Positions 34,986 to 47,942 of a stretch of 64,000 nucleotides of DNA are shown here, piece after piece. The translations under genes were made by a program, and so were the position numbers. This DNA is from Paragordius varius. Lineage: Eukaryota > Animalia > Nematomorpha. Numbering within the stretch: position 1 is the first letter of the stretch; the number at the start of each line of letters is the position of its first letter. A model generated the notes under the pieces. The model ran no database searches and was not told the DNA's origin. It saw only the letters and a program-made list of their open reading frames with translations. The DNA lies in contig OZ176052.1 in NCBI GenBank assembly GCA_964247055.1, positions 3,596,001-3,660,000 on the forward strand, given 5' to 3'.

Positions 34986-35832
34986 GAATATTTATTTTTA
35001 GTCATAATATTACCATTATTATAAAGTTCTCATTTTAGGCAAAGAATTACAATGACAATGTTCGTAAGTCCCAATAAAAACATAATTTTCATTCAATAAG
35101 CGTTCTTGTAGATAAGGTGCAATTAGGATTATCATATCTTATAAATAGTGCATGAAGTTTTAAGTATAGAAGCCAAAAACTCGTTTTCCAATTTTCAGCG
35201 AATAAAAGTATATAGTCTGGTTGTGATTCATAAATCCAAAAGTAACCGAATAAAATATCCAGGCGAAGAAGACAATTCCTAACTTCAGCAGTGGTGTAGT
35301 AACAACGTACAAATTGTTCTCCTATTTGCTTAACCTGTTCGTGATCGGATGCCGCATTAGTGTCTATTTAGGTAGGGAAATATTTAAAAATATCATATGA
35401 AATAAAGAATATATTATCGATCTAAGTAGGTCCTGAGATGTGAAGTTCGGATTTGTCTTGGCATATTGAGTAATATTATATAAACCATTTGTGGATAACA
35501 ATCAAATGTCATTTTTTTGGGAATTATCCATTGCCTGGCTTATTTTAAAAACTCATGTTTAAATTAAACATATCTGTATCATTCCATTTGTTGAGAGGTG
35601 ACACAGGATAATTGAATAAAATGCATATTTTATATAAAATATCTAGGTTCATAGAAGTTTTATGATGGTGTCAATTTTTGCAATTCAATTTTTTATTGTG
35701 TTGTTGTCATATTGAGATAGGTGAGAAGCTGCTTAAGGACTATATAGACTTTGAAGGAGACAAAATTCTTGCAAAATTTATATGTTTTTGATTTTATGTT
35801 TGGCTAATGCGGTCGATGATACACATATGTCG

Positions 35833-35901
35833 ATGATCCAATAAAAAACTCCCTTTGTCAGGAGGCGTGGGAGCCGGTGCTTTGGGATTAAACACACTCA
35901 T
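35833..35901 (-). pseudogene. COX19: COX19 N-terminal part (orphan exon or gene fragment), 23 aa
   Basis: MSVFNPKAPAPTPPDKGSFLLDH matches the COX19 PPDKGSFPLDH signature. The frame continues RHMCIIDRISQT* without further homology. Confidence 0.75.
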
Positions 35902-37087
35902 TACACATATGATTGATGTTTCAGAACAATCTGATGTAAAGACGGCATATCGGGGCAAAAAAATCCCATCCCTAAAATTTGTAATCGATATTACCGAAAA
36001 TTTGACTGATTATTAAATTCTTAACCTATATAAAAAATTACGCTGAAGTAATTTTTCGGAAAAGGTCTAGGCTTAAGTGGTTATTTTTTTAGAATATAAA
36101 TATAATTTAGCCGTATGAAACCCCTTCCACTGTAAAAATTAAATTATTGTATATTGCATTTTAAGTTTAAATGACGCTTCAAAAAAAATCGGAGGTCCAT
36201 TCAGTCTGAATTTTTAACATAAGCACATATGATGACTAATAAATAGACCTTGGCCCGTACCCATCGTCCCGAATGATAGAAGGCCTTCCATTATTGGCTT
36301 TAAAGTAATTTTTGGAAAAACGCGCTTATTTGAATTTTATAATGGACTTTTGGATCTTTACGAATGCACCGAAGATTACAAAGCCATTTTTCATTCGTCC
36401 CTTAGTGCTGGTCCATACTTGTAAAATGGGGTTTAATTAAATATTAGTTTTCAACCGAGTTTGCGGAAAGCATATATTTTAATTCTTTTTCAATAATAGA
36501 TTTTTTAATAATAATACGCCCTAGGGTGAAGAAAAATTCTATCAACACCACGTTAATAAAATAATTGTATTTTTAAGCAAAATATTTTGTAATATAAGTT
36601 ATATTTAAATTCGAGGGTAATGCTCCAGGGGTCAGTAGGCATGTTTTTAAATTTTTCTTGATTTGGGACCCTACCTCTTGGAAAGGTATTTAACTGATCT
36701 CTTTTGAGCTGTTTTACGAAAAACAAAAGCCAACCATTGTTTTTTAATAATAAATTGTTTATCTGCTACGTAGGCGCGAGTGAGATATTTCAGAATTATC
36801 TCAGAGTAACCAAAATAAATGGGTTTTTAACTATAAAACATGGGCTTTGATCCAGAAAACGCTTAATCTTAAATAAAGAAAAACTCAATTTTGGTCCGCG
36901 ATAACGTATTTTAATGCTCTTGTATTAGATAAAAAAAAGTTTATATTTTTTACAGTTATATAACTATTTAAATTTTAGAAATGACCAAAACAACTTGGCA
37001 GCCGATTTGAATTCTAATGATTACATGTTTTTGATGGTAAAATTAACTGAAAACTTAATAAAATTTCTAAATTTTGCCATGTTTTAA

Positions 37088-37638
37088 CACTTCGATTAAA
37101 ATTGGGGTATATAAGACTAAATTTGTGTTTGGATTTTGAAAAACTACTGAAGGAAACGGTCTCAATTAAAATTTATACTTCTATCCTAATAAAAAATATT
37201 TATATGCCAAAATATCTAAATAAAATTTTGTTTTGAAAAAAAGTTCGATGTCAAACTACTTCGACGCCATTTTTATTTTACAAAATTTTTGCAAAACATC
37301 GTCTTCATTTCTTAAGGGTATTAAACCAAATTTTTTATTTAAATTAAACATTGATAGAAATAGAAAAAGCGGTTTATTTTGTATTATTTTTCAATTTTAT
37401 TTTTGCACACATTAAATTATACCTTTCGGTTTTAGCTTAAAATAAGTAATATCAAGAATTTTTGAATATAATTTATATATATATATATATCAATTTATCA
37501 ATGTTATATAAGTGCAAAATTTTGTCATGGTTTCGATTCCTTCCATATTTTTAAAGAATTTAATTTTAAACAGGCCTGGAGTATTTAACTACCCCAATTT
37601 AAATTAAAGGACTAAAATGAATGTGTTGTATCCAAGTG
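37088..37638 (-). mobile_element. piggyBac-like family C copy, reverse orientation
   Basis: TTAA|CACTTCGAT ... ATCCAAGTG|TTAA, with the internal sequence the reverse complement of 2460-3021. Confidence 0.75.
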
Positions 37639-38109
37639 TTAAAAAAAATAAATAAAAAAAATGGCGGCAAAAAAGTTTGAGATGAGGATTATGGGCCTAA
37701 AAGATTAATAAAGTGTATTTTTAAATCGCCCCAGTCCCTTAATTAATTTAAATTTTATATCGCTCTGGGATATTCACAAAAGGCCATGAAGTGCTAAGAA
37801 GATTATCCTCGGAGCACTTCTCCATTAAGCCTAATAAATCAAAAATACAATTATTTTATTAATTAAATTCCTAGTTATTTTTTTAGCGACACTTTACCCT
37901 GCCTCATAAGAAAAAAGTATAAATCTGGACTATAATCTGTTGTTACACATCTATCAGATTTATAACATATAATACTATGGCATTCATCATGATATCATAA
38001 AACCGTCAAATACTTTAAATAACAAAAATAAAGTTAAATATTTATTTTCACTATATTTTGATTAATTTAAAGAGCTCAAGTAGCGACTCATAGCTTTCTC
38101 ATAAATAAA

Positions 38110-39210
38110 CGTTTGCTGTTCTAGACGATCTTGCAACTTTTAAATTAATTATGAAAGTATAGGGTTTGTAATTGATTTAAAGATATGAAGCCACCGCTTT
38201 TTGAAGCGGCCTCTTTTGCGGGTACTATCCACAAACCCATAAAAAGGTTTATTTCTAGAATCGGATTGGAGAATATGGCCAAGATATTTTAGTTTTCTAA
38301 ATATAACCAGATCGTAAAGCGTTTGACGCAATATATATGAATTGAAGATGTGGGCATTCCAAACCCAAACAAATTTCTAAACATTTGAAAAATGCGGGCT
38401 TTGTTGGTAAATTTACATACCCAAATAGCGACATGGTAAACGATTGCATTTAGAATGGCAAATTTGGTTGAAAATCTTATGACTGAAGAGCCCCGAACCA
38501 AATGCAAGCTGTGTTAGTATGTCGAGATCTGAATTGCCGTCAAATGCAATCATAAAATCTAAATATTTGCATGATAGGTTAGTCGATAGAGAAGGTATTA
38601 AGTGACAATGGTAACTGGGGAGCGTTGATGATCATAATTTTAGATTTAGGTGGATTTGGTCAGATTCATTAAACTTGCTTCGACGTTATGTCGTCTGTTA
38701 AGAGAACCGTATCATCGGCATACAGGAGATTGAAAGCAAGACCTCCAAAGCGCGATCCAAGGAGAAAGGACACGTTCCTATCTCATACCGTTGAGGATAG
38801 GGAAGCAGTCGGTGGGACCGTATTTTATTTTTAAGATTAAAACAAAAGTATTATATAGGGGGAACCTCCAAAAGAATGTAAAATCTTCCAGAGACAGTGG
38901 TGGTTGACTGTGTCAAATGCCATGCTAAAGTCAAAAAAATAACACTGCAAAATTTTACCGAATTCTATAATTCTCAATTATAGTATTAATATTAACTATA
39001 TGATTTGTAGTGTTTTGCTTTTATCTAAAACCAGGTTGTACATCAAAATTTTACCTGAAATTCTTTTAAGTATTATCTTGAGGAGGATGGATGGTTTGTT
39101 GATGATAGCAATCATACGGTACTGGCAGATATGAGGGCTATCGTTTAGGAAAATTGTAGGAGATACGATAGTCAATACGCCAAATGTAATATTAACATTT
39201 TGCAAAGAAT
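38110..39210 (-). mobile_element. Degenerate RTE-like non-LTR retrotransposon fragment (reverse transcriptase and C-terminus)
   Basis: Frameshifted motifs in the correct order: CQYRMIAII..LLKIILKRI, FDFSMAFDTVNHHCLWKIL, GMR*ERVLSP (GVRQG.VLSP-like), LLYADD (38722-38711), and RKLKYLGHI...RKRGRFKKRW. Confidence 0.85.
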
Positions 39211-39405
39211 TATAAATAGTTTATAAGAATTTTCTAATATTTAAATAATTTTTTTATATTCCCTGTTGTTACCAAATGCTTTGTAATTTTTCCAGAATTA
39301 TATGGATAAAGTATAATTTAACAAACTTATATCAAACAAAATTTTATTTTGAGCATTTCCACGCAAATCTTTTATTCAAATTTTATCGTTTTACTAATAT
39401 TGCTC

Positions 39406-42400
39406 ATGATTACGTGAGTGTCTACAATTCATGTCTTTCTTAAATGCGGTTAGGAAGGGTGTGGTAAAATTAAACTTGAGAAAGTTAAAAACGGTATATT
39501 TTCGATATAAAATAGCGAAATGTTGTACGTACTTGCAGCAAAACTAAAGAAGAAATTTCCCAAGATGATATTCCATTACTGATGGCCATTTTAACCTATT
39601 TTTGCTATGCAATCCTGATTATTTTTGGATACATCCGAGACGGTCTCCGTAAATATGGCTTTGAAAAAAGGCAATTTATGCATGATGAGAAGACGAAAGT
39701 TTATAAATCGATAAAACTTAGGATTTTGTTCCCCTTTATTCGAATTTTGAAAGTTTTTACACCAGAAACGTTTATATGAGATGCCGTGATGCCCTATCCC
39801 AACCAATATGCAGTACTCCTGGCGTTTATATTAAATATCTGGAACGGAAAAGTGACGATGAAAATTACACATTCCAGTAATTATTTTTTTGTAAATTTAT
39901 ATATAACCCAGTTTAATTTCATTTTCGCTTTTTGAAAATGATTTTTTTATTATTTAGATACACCGGAAAAATTTTTAAGGCTATAAATTTTGGTTCCTAC
40001 AATTACTTGGGTTTCGCTGAAAATAGTGGACTTTGCACAGAAGCTGTCAAAAATGCCATACTTAAACATGGTTTAGGGATATGTTCAACACCATATGATA
40101 TAGGTAAATTTTCAAATATTTGAAATTTTATAATTATAATTTAGGGACATCAATCCTACAAAATCGATTGGAAAAATTAACAGCACAATTTTTGGGTGTT
40201 GAAGATGCCATCGTTTTTCCTATGGGATTCGCAACAAACTCTAACAATATACCTTCTATTGTTGGAAAGGTTATATTATGCCAAAATTATTTATATTTGA
40301 TTATTTATCTTTTTTATATGGTGGTTAATTATAAAAAATACTTATTTATACAAGTGTTATATACTTGAGCTTACATAAAATCGATATTAATCCTTATATA
40401 TTTATTTATTTATTTGGTGGAAAAAAGTTATTTCTTGCTTATTACTATTGACCCATAAATATACCACATTGGGATACATATGAATGTGTTATCCTACATA
40501 GATTATATTTAAAAACAAAAATATCTTCAGAATAAAATTTTTTATAAAAATAAATGACTTTTGTAATTTGTGCAAATTTATATTTTTTCCACACAAATTT
40601 ACCCTAATGTTTGTTGTGATTTTTTGCATTTGAACAAGATTAGGTTTAATAAATGAAAACAGTTTTTAATAATATCTTTTATTATTTGTGTGGTCCACAC
40701 TTTATTGCCTAAAAAACAATAGTCAAATTTTTGACCTTGATATATATGTATAAGTATGTTTATATACAATTATTAAGCATTTTTAATACAATTATTTTTC
40801 ATAATTTGCATATTTTTGCGAGTTTTTTTCCATCAACCTATAATTATGGTATATAGAGTGAAAAAAAAAGATTAATTCCATTTTTTTGTGAACTTGACAT
40901 ATCATATATATACTTTTTGTTTTATATTTATATAAGTTAAAAACTTTGCATTTGTGAATTTGTCGATGACCTATTTAAAAAGGATATTTTGACTGCTAAG
41001 TAAGTCATTTAAATTCAAAGTTATTTCGAAATTATAATGGCGTGAAAGTAAACTTTTAATAACTTTAATTTTACATTTTTGATGTATGAAGTATTAATAC
41101 TATATATATAGAAATAAATGATAAACATTGTGGAATATTTTAAATTGGAAAATATTTTTTTAATTTTTTTAGAATATGAGCATGACTTTATGATGAATAA
41201 ATAACTTAAATTAATTATTAAGGATAACTAACACCTTATTTATTAAAACAATTTCATTATTTACGTTTGATAAATTTGACTACGAATATATAAAGGAATT
41301 ACTATTAACCCTTACAAATGAATACGAATAAAAATATACCATTTACAGTTTAATTTCACCCTCGAACAATTTAAATTTACCCTAAAAATAAATTATGTTT
41401 TCGGAATAGTATAACTCATCATTAATATGAAATATATTTTTACGACATAGTTTATTTATTTATCCAGAATTATATTAATTTTAAACAAAATTTCATATTT
41501 TAAAAATATATAAATAATATAGGTAATTTTTAATCTTAAAAAACATATAATTCATTTCAGGGTGAATTTGAATTGTTCAAAGGTGAATTTAAATTGTAAA
41601 TGCTATATTAAAAATTCGCAATTTTTTTTTATCATAGGGATGTTTGATTCTTAGTGATAAACTAAATCATGCTTCTATTGTCCTTGGGTGCCGACTCTCT
41701 GGAGCTGCCATAAAAACGTTTGAACATAATGGTATACGGTAAATTATTTTTACACATAAAAAAGAATAATAAACATAATAGTAGCCAATATAAATTTTTG
41801 CAAGCAAAAATTTTTTATCCTCATGGTAAATAAATATGTTTGAGTATGAAATAATAAATTCATTATGCTGTTTAGATTTTATTTTAAAAAGATTGTATTA
41901 TTATTAGATAGTAAAATTTATTTAGTTAAGTTTAGTGTTTGAAACTATCCAAATTCATTACGAATGTATGACCATATTATTTTTTATTTGTGCACACCTT
42001 ATAGTGTTTAAATATGTAAAATTTTAAATAAATATCTTTTCCACCTATTGCAAATAAATTAGATATGATTTTTATTTTAGCATTTTATTTTTTATTTTTG
42101 GTGGCCTGTAGATATGAAAGATTTGGAACACAAGTTACGGGAATGTATTGTGGCTGGACAGCCTAGGCATCACAGACCCTGGAAAAAAATATTGATTGTT
42201 GTTGAAGGAATTTATAGGTAACATTTTATCAAAGACTTAACATTTTTTAAGGAATATTTTAATTTTAAAGAAATCTTTTGTTTTAGGGATAATTGCTATG
42301 GTCATTAACTATTTTTGCGACTGTTTTGGAATTGAAATATAATTTTTTAGCTTCCGCGGTTCTTAACGGGTTCAAAATAATAATGACTTTTTAATTCAAA

Positions 42401-45315
42401 TGATGTTAACTTTACTTAAGAAATTTTTAACTGTATCATAAGGTGTTTGTTTTTTAAAGTTTCTTTCAAATAAAAGTATCACAAAAGTAAGGGGTTATTG
42501 TAGGCTATTATTTTTATTAGATGTAAAGGGACTAAAAATCAATGGATCGAAATCATTTTTTGGCAAAATTTTTGAAACAACCAGAACTAAAAATTCTTTG
42601 TAATTTACAAAAAAATATGTAGCCGGAACCATAGACTACAAAATTGACCTCAAATTTTTTTTCAAAACCGTTTTCTTACAAAAAAATTGGAATCGAAACA
42701 TCAATTAGAGCCAACAAAAATAACCGGGTGGCCATTTTATACGGAGCCGTTTTTTATTATAGTGGACATGTGTAACCGAAATTAAAAGTAACGAAAAATG
42801 ATTTGCGAAACTAAAACGGTTTCAGGGTTTCAAGCTTGAAAAAATAACTTTTTTAATTTTATAATTATTATGTGTTAATAGAGCCATACACAATAAACTT
42901 GAAAATTATGTTCGACAAACCATTTTTTATATAAATTATATCTATGAGCCGAACCATAATCAACAAAACGTGAATGTGGATTACTTTTTATAAATTCTGG
43001 TTTCATATATATTAATTTTTTGCGAATTTATACCATAGTTTCTCATATTTTATCACTAGTATGGAGGGTACGATAGCAAATTTACCTCAACTCATACGGC
43101 TTAAACAAAAGTATAAAGCATACCTGTACCTTGATGAAGCACACAGTGTAGGGGCTCTTGGACCCCGAGGTAGGGGTGTAACCGATTATTATGGGATTAA
43201 ATCCTGCCAAGTCGATATCTTGATGGGTACTTTTACGAAAAGTTTTGCTTCTGCCGGTGGGTATTTGGCAGGCTCTCATGTATGTGAGAAACACATTTGA
43301 TATTAATAATATTTTTTTGGGTTTCAAGAAAATTAAATGGATATACTGGTGTTAATATATGACTGAATCATAAATTCATAAGAAATATTTTTAAAAAAAA
43401 TTATCAGATATCTTTTGCCATAACAGTTTTTTTTAATTTCCTATTTAACAATTTGTGGACGAAATCGGTTTAAAACAGTCTTTAAAAACACATAGAGACC
43501 ATTTTTGGAAGAAAACTGTTTCGTTAATAATCACACTTAAACACTTTTTTTTGCTTAGAAATTAATTGCTCATATACGCAAACATTCTCAAGCAACGTCT
43601 CATGGTATGGGGATGTCAGCTCCAATAGCTCAACAAATCATTACCAGTATGGAAATTATCATGGGTTTAGATGGCACAAAGGATGGTACATATAAATATT
43701 ATAATTATGATATCATTTTAAATTTGGATTTCGAATTCCCTATATGATATTTTTAGCGTAAAATAATCCATTTTTTTAAATAAGAGAGCATATATAGATT
43801 TGCGTAACATTAACATTATATCTTCTTTTGAATTTTTATTTTATACATATAGATATACAATAATAAGCATATATTACATTACATTTATAATTTTACTATT
43901 TTTAATTTGCTATTTTAATGTGCTATTTTAATAAAAACTTTATTAATATAACTTTCACAATGTTTAATTTAATTTGATGATATTAATGCACAAGTGATAC
44001 AATACAATAAAAAATATTTTTCTATATTTGTTTTAATACTTACATTTTCATTTGGTAGAATTTTACGCCGTAATAGAAAAAGGTTTGTGGGATACGGTTA
44101 AGTTTTGGTTTTAAATCATGTGAAACCAAATATAAATTCTATGTAATTTATCCACAGGACAAACCCGTATAACGAATTTGCATCGAAATAGCCGATATTT
44201 ACGACAACGCTTAATTGAAATGGGTTTTCATGTCATAGGAAATGAAGACTCGCCTGTTGTACCAGTTTACCTCTATTTCCCGACCAAACTTGCGTATTTA
44301 TATAAATTAACTTTAATTGGAATATAAACTTTAATATAAATGTTATAATTTGGAATATAAACTTTAATATAAATGGGCCAATTTTACTAATACAAATATA
44401 ATCATATATTTTTACGCACCCATCCTCGAACAATTTAAATTTACCCTTAAACAATTCAAACACCCTAAAAACAATTATGTGTTTTTCGTACGAATATAAC
44501 TCATTATTAATATGAAATATATCTTTATGGCATAGTTTATTATTTTTTCAGTAATATTTTAATTTTAAACAAAATTTATTTTTTAAAAATATATAAAAAT
44601 ATATGTAATTTTTAGATTAAAAAACACATGACTTATTTGAGGGTGAAATTGTATTGTTCAAAGGTAAATTTGAATTGTTTTTGAATTGTTCAAGGGTAAA
44701 TTTAAATTGTAAATGGTACATAACATGCAACACCTTAAAATATTATTTTACATCTATTTTTACCCTATATCCCTTTTTTATATTTAGTGCATTTTACCGA
44801 GAAATGCTGAAACGTGGTATAGCAACAGTCACAGTAGGGTTTCCTGCGACCCCAATTATTGGGGCTCGGGTTAGGTTTTGTCTTTCAGCCGGCCATACTC
44901 GTGAAATGTTGGATAAAGTATATTCGTATATACCTTTTAAAATTTATATTATTAAAATAAGCTAAGCCTAAAAAATATAATTTATCTTGTTTTCACATGA
45001 ATATCTTAATTTTAACATTTTTGGAATCATATATAAATTCAGGTCATAATATATTCAATGGTACTCATGTTACATTAATCTTTTACCTTTTTTATATATT
45101 CTATATAAATTAAATTTTTATTGTACATTTAGTGTTTAGAGAAAATTGATGAAATTGGGGATTTGTTATCAATAAAGTACAAATTACAACGTATATTTAT
45201 ACCTATAAATCTCTTTAATAAACGTGCAAACTTTGTTAATGACGATGATCAGATAGATGTTGGAAAAAAGGGCTTTAAAACTTTATCATTTGAAAATGTT
45301 AAAAAATGTTTATAA
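39406..45315 (+). CDS. SPTLC2: Serine palmitoyltransferase long chain base subunit 2 (LCB2), 12 exons, 529 aa
   Basis: Exons: 39406-39413, 39539-39698, 39722-39876, 39958-40103, 40145-40269, 41638-41731, 42112-42217, 43060-43279, 43559-43685, 44158-44293, 44788-44917, 45133-45315. Motifs: [34 protein letters not shown], the PLP-lysine motif GTFTKSF, and VGFPATP...[11 protein letters not shown]. The 8-nt first exon (ATG ATT AC|GTGAGT) is the least certain part. Confidence 0.96.
41335..41606. mobile_element. MITE family A copy
   Basis: TATACCATTTACAG start, shared core and inverted end. Confidence 0.8.
44410..44720. mobile_element. MITE family A copy
   Basis: Shared core and the 21-bp units; left end degraded. 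Confidence 0.75.
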
Positions 45316-47022
45316 TGAGAGCATGTAACATTTATAAGCATTTACATTATTATAAATGTGTGGCTAATTGTAAATATATCATACATATTTATATCCATAT
45401 TTATATTTCGAGATATTGGCAATATATAACATATAAATATCATTGTTCAACAAGGCTTCCTTCATATTCAGGCGTATTAAAACCTCGCATCGTTATGTAA
45501 TTTTTTGAATCTCCCATGCATATATTTATATTATAATTATACGTTACTGTTTTTATGAATCTTTTATGTTTAGTCAATTTAATTAATTTTGTTTAACCCT
45601 TAAATGAATGTGATGGTATAACTATTCAAATTAATTTTTATTCCTAAAATATTAATTCACATCAAACAATTCAACGTTTTTACGATCAGTAAATTTGAAA
45701 CCATATTTTATGAGCATTCCAATAAATAATAACAATGTAAAATAATTATAATATTTGATAAAAAAATGAGAAATAATACATACCTAAGAAATTTGGATAA
45801 AAAGCATTTTATATAGAAAATGATAGAGTTTCGGAAACCGAGGAATATACTATAAATATAAGCCACTGACTGAAACAAATGTATATGTTCCCATATATCC
45901 ATTATTATCTAAGGATTTGATATGAGTCAGATGAACATTTTAATATCTATAACTTTTATTAATCAAATTTGAATTATCTATCTTATTTTTTTAACTGTAT
46001 ATTTTTTAATGTAACTTCTTATTTAATACCAACTTTTAATTCATTCTAGTTAAAAATTATTATTATTAGATAACGCTTATTACATTATATTTATATAGAT
46101 ATTTGCAATTTCGCACATAATAAGTTAATATTGATGAGTTAGAAAATTTTTGACAAAAAGTTGTTTTTGAAAATAAACTAGTAAACTTAAAAATTGATAA
46201 ATATATGCAATTATGGTTATACAGGCTAAAATTGTACAAACAACATTAATTGTTCAAGGAGCATTTTTAAGTGTAAAAGCAAACATGTGAAATGCAATGG
46301 CATTAGGAAAAACTAAATTTTGATCTCATATGGTGTGCAATGAGGATAATATTGATTAAGAAGTTAAAAATGTATAGCTGGAAGATTATAAATGTTCAAC
46401 AAAGCAAAACATACGAAACTGTTCTCGAATCCACTATGATTTACAACTTTTAAACATGGTGAGTTAATAAGGATGAGCAGAATGTATAAAAACGTGACAG
46501 ATGTGAAAACGCTTATAACGATGGGGGTAGGGTTCGGGAAGAGGAAAAAAATAAAAAATAGTTTACGAAAACTCATGCATCAAAGCAATAATAAAGAGAA
46601 TGAATCAATCAAAAAAAACTATGTGGGGAAAGTGTGGTGTTGGACATATACATATAATTTTAAAACAGTTATACCCAAACCGCGGCCCTAAAATTGCTAT
46701 TTATGGCCCTAATTTACTTATTTGGAGTATAAATATCTGCAAATATGTCAAACACCCATAAAATTTTTATCACAATATTGCCCTTGAGCCAAGAAGAATT
46801 CATAGACCATGTTATTTTTTTGGTAATTACCCTGGTTGTAGAAGGTCAATCCCGAGGTGACCCAAAATAAATAGTTTTCTCTTATTAAAGGGGCTTTAGA
46901 AAATTATAATCAATTATAAGTTCGCAGATGCAACCAATTTTGCCCTAAATCATGATTGATTTAGGGCATTATAATCAATGTTTGACAATATTTGTTTGCA
47001 ACAAATTAGTAAAATTTAATAA

Positions 47023-47422
47023 TATACCATTTACAGTTCAAATTCACCCTTAAACAATTCAAATTCACCCTTGAACAATCAAATTCACCCTTGAACAATT
47101 CAAATTCACCCTCGAACAATTCAAATTCACCCTAAAAATAAATTATGTGTTTTCGAACTAATATAACTCATTATTAATATAAAATATACCTTTATGGCAT
47201 AATTAATTATTTTTTTCAGTATTATTTTAATCTAAAACAAAATTTTATTTTTTAAAAATATATTAAAATATAGGTAATTTTTAATCTTAAAAAACATGTT
47301 ATTTATTTGAGGGTGAATTTGAATTGTTCGAGGGTGAATTTGAATTGTTCAAGGGTGAATTTGAATTGTTCGAGGGTGAATTTGAATTGTTTAAGGGTGA
47401 ACTTGAACTGTAAATGGTATAT
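47023..47422. mobile_element. MITE family A, best-preserved copy (long TIRs built from 21-bp tandem units)
   Basis: Ends TATACCATTTACAGTTCAAATTCACCC ... GGGTGAACTTGAACTGTAAATGGTATA. Four to five copies of the AATTCAAATTCACCCTTGAAC unit occur at each end in inverted orientation, with TA-rich flanks. Confidence 0.85.
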
Positions 47423-47942
47423 ATACATAGACTACTATCTGCTATGTTCAGACATTATCTTCATTCAAAAAATATAGAGGATGAACTATAATAATATGGC
47501 CATTTGATCTAATTAACTCGTATTAATAAAAACTCCTAAAATATTTGAACAAAGTAACCTTTATTAAGTTTTGCGTTAATAAATAAATATTATAAATATA
47601 ATTGTAATATAATGCTATATATTGGAACAGTATAACATAAAGAATTTCGTAAAGCTAAATATTATGGTATATATTAAATTTATGTTATGTTAATGGTAAA
47701 ATAAAAAAACTATGCAAACCAAAATATATGAAAGCAATTACACATATTAAATCATTAAATGATTCAGTTTTGTAAATCCAATCAAATCAAAGATGTAAAC
47801 CAAATAAATTTGATGTAAAATTTTCTAAATCTTATAACATTTCAAATATATTTTTGTACGTCATATGCAAATAAACATGAAAATAAGAAAGCTTTTCTTT
47901 AGTAGAGAAGAATACGAATCTAAAATTTTTCGAAAAAACCTT

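Noticed and set aside
35039-35063. Plus-strand 25-nt micro-exon (TTTTAG|...|GTAAGT)
   Set aside because: No partner exons or homology were found, and such matches are expected by chance in AT-rich DNA.
33813-35832. Inversion between the 8-bp inverted repeats as the cause of the COX19 split
   Set aside because: Re-inverting gives HMCIKKRV*, which does not restore the CX9C frame.
38770-38820. Hairpin in the LINE relic as an HDV-like ribozyme
   Set aside because: The segment translates as the degenerate RT motif GMR*ERVLSP, and no P1/P1.1 nesting could be built.
47023-47422. CRISPR-like array of 21-bp repeats
   Set aside because: The units are directly adjacent with no spacers, lie in inverted arms of a dispersed element, and the genome is eukaryotic.
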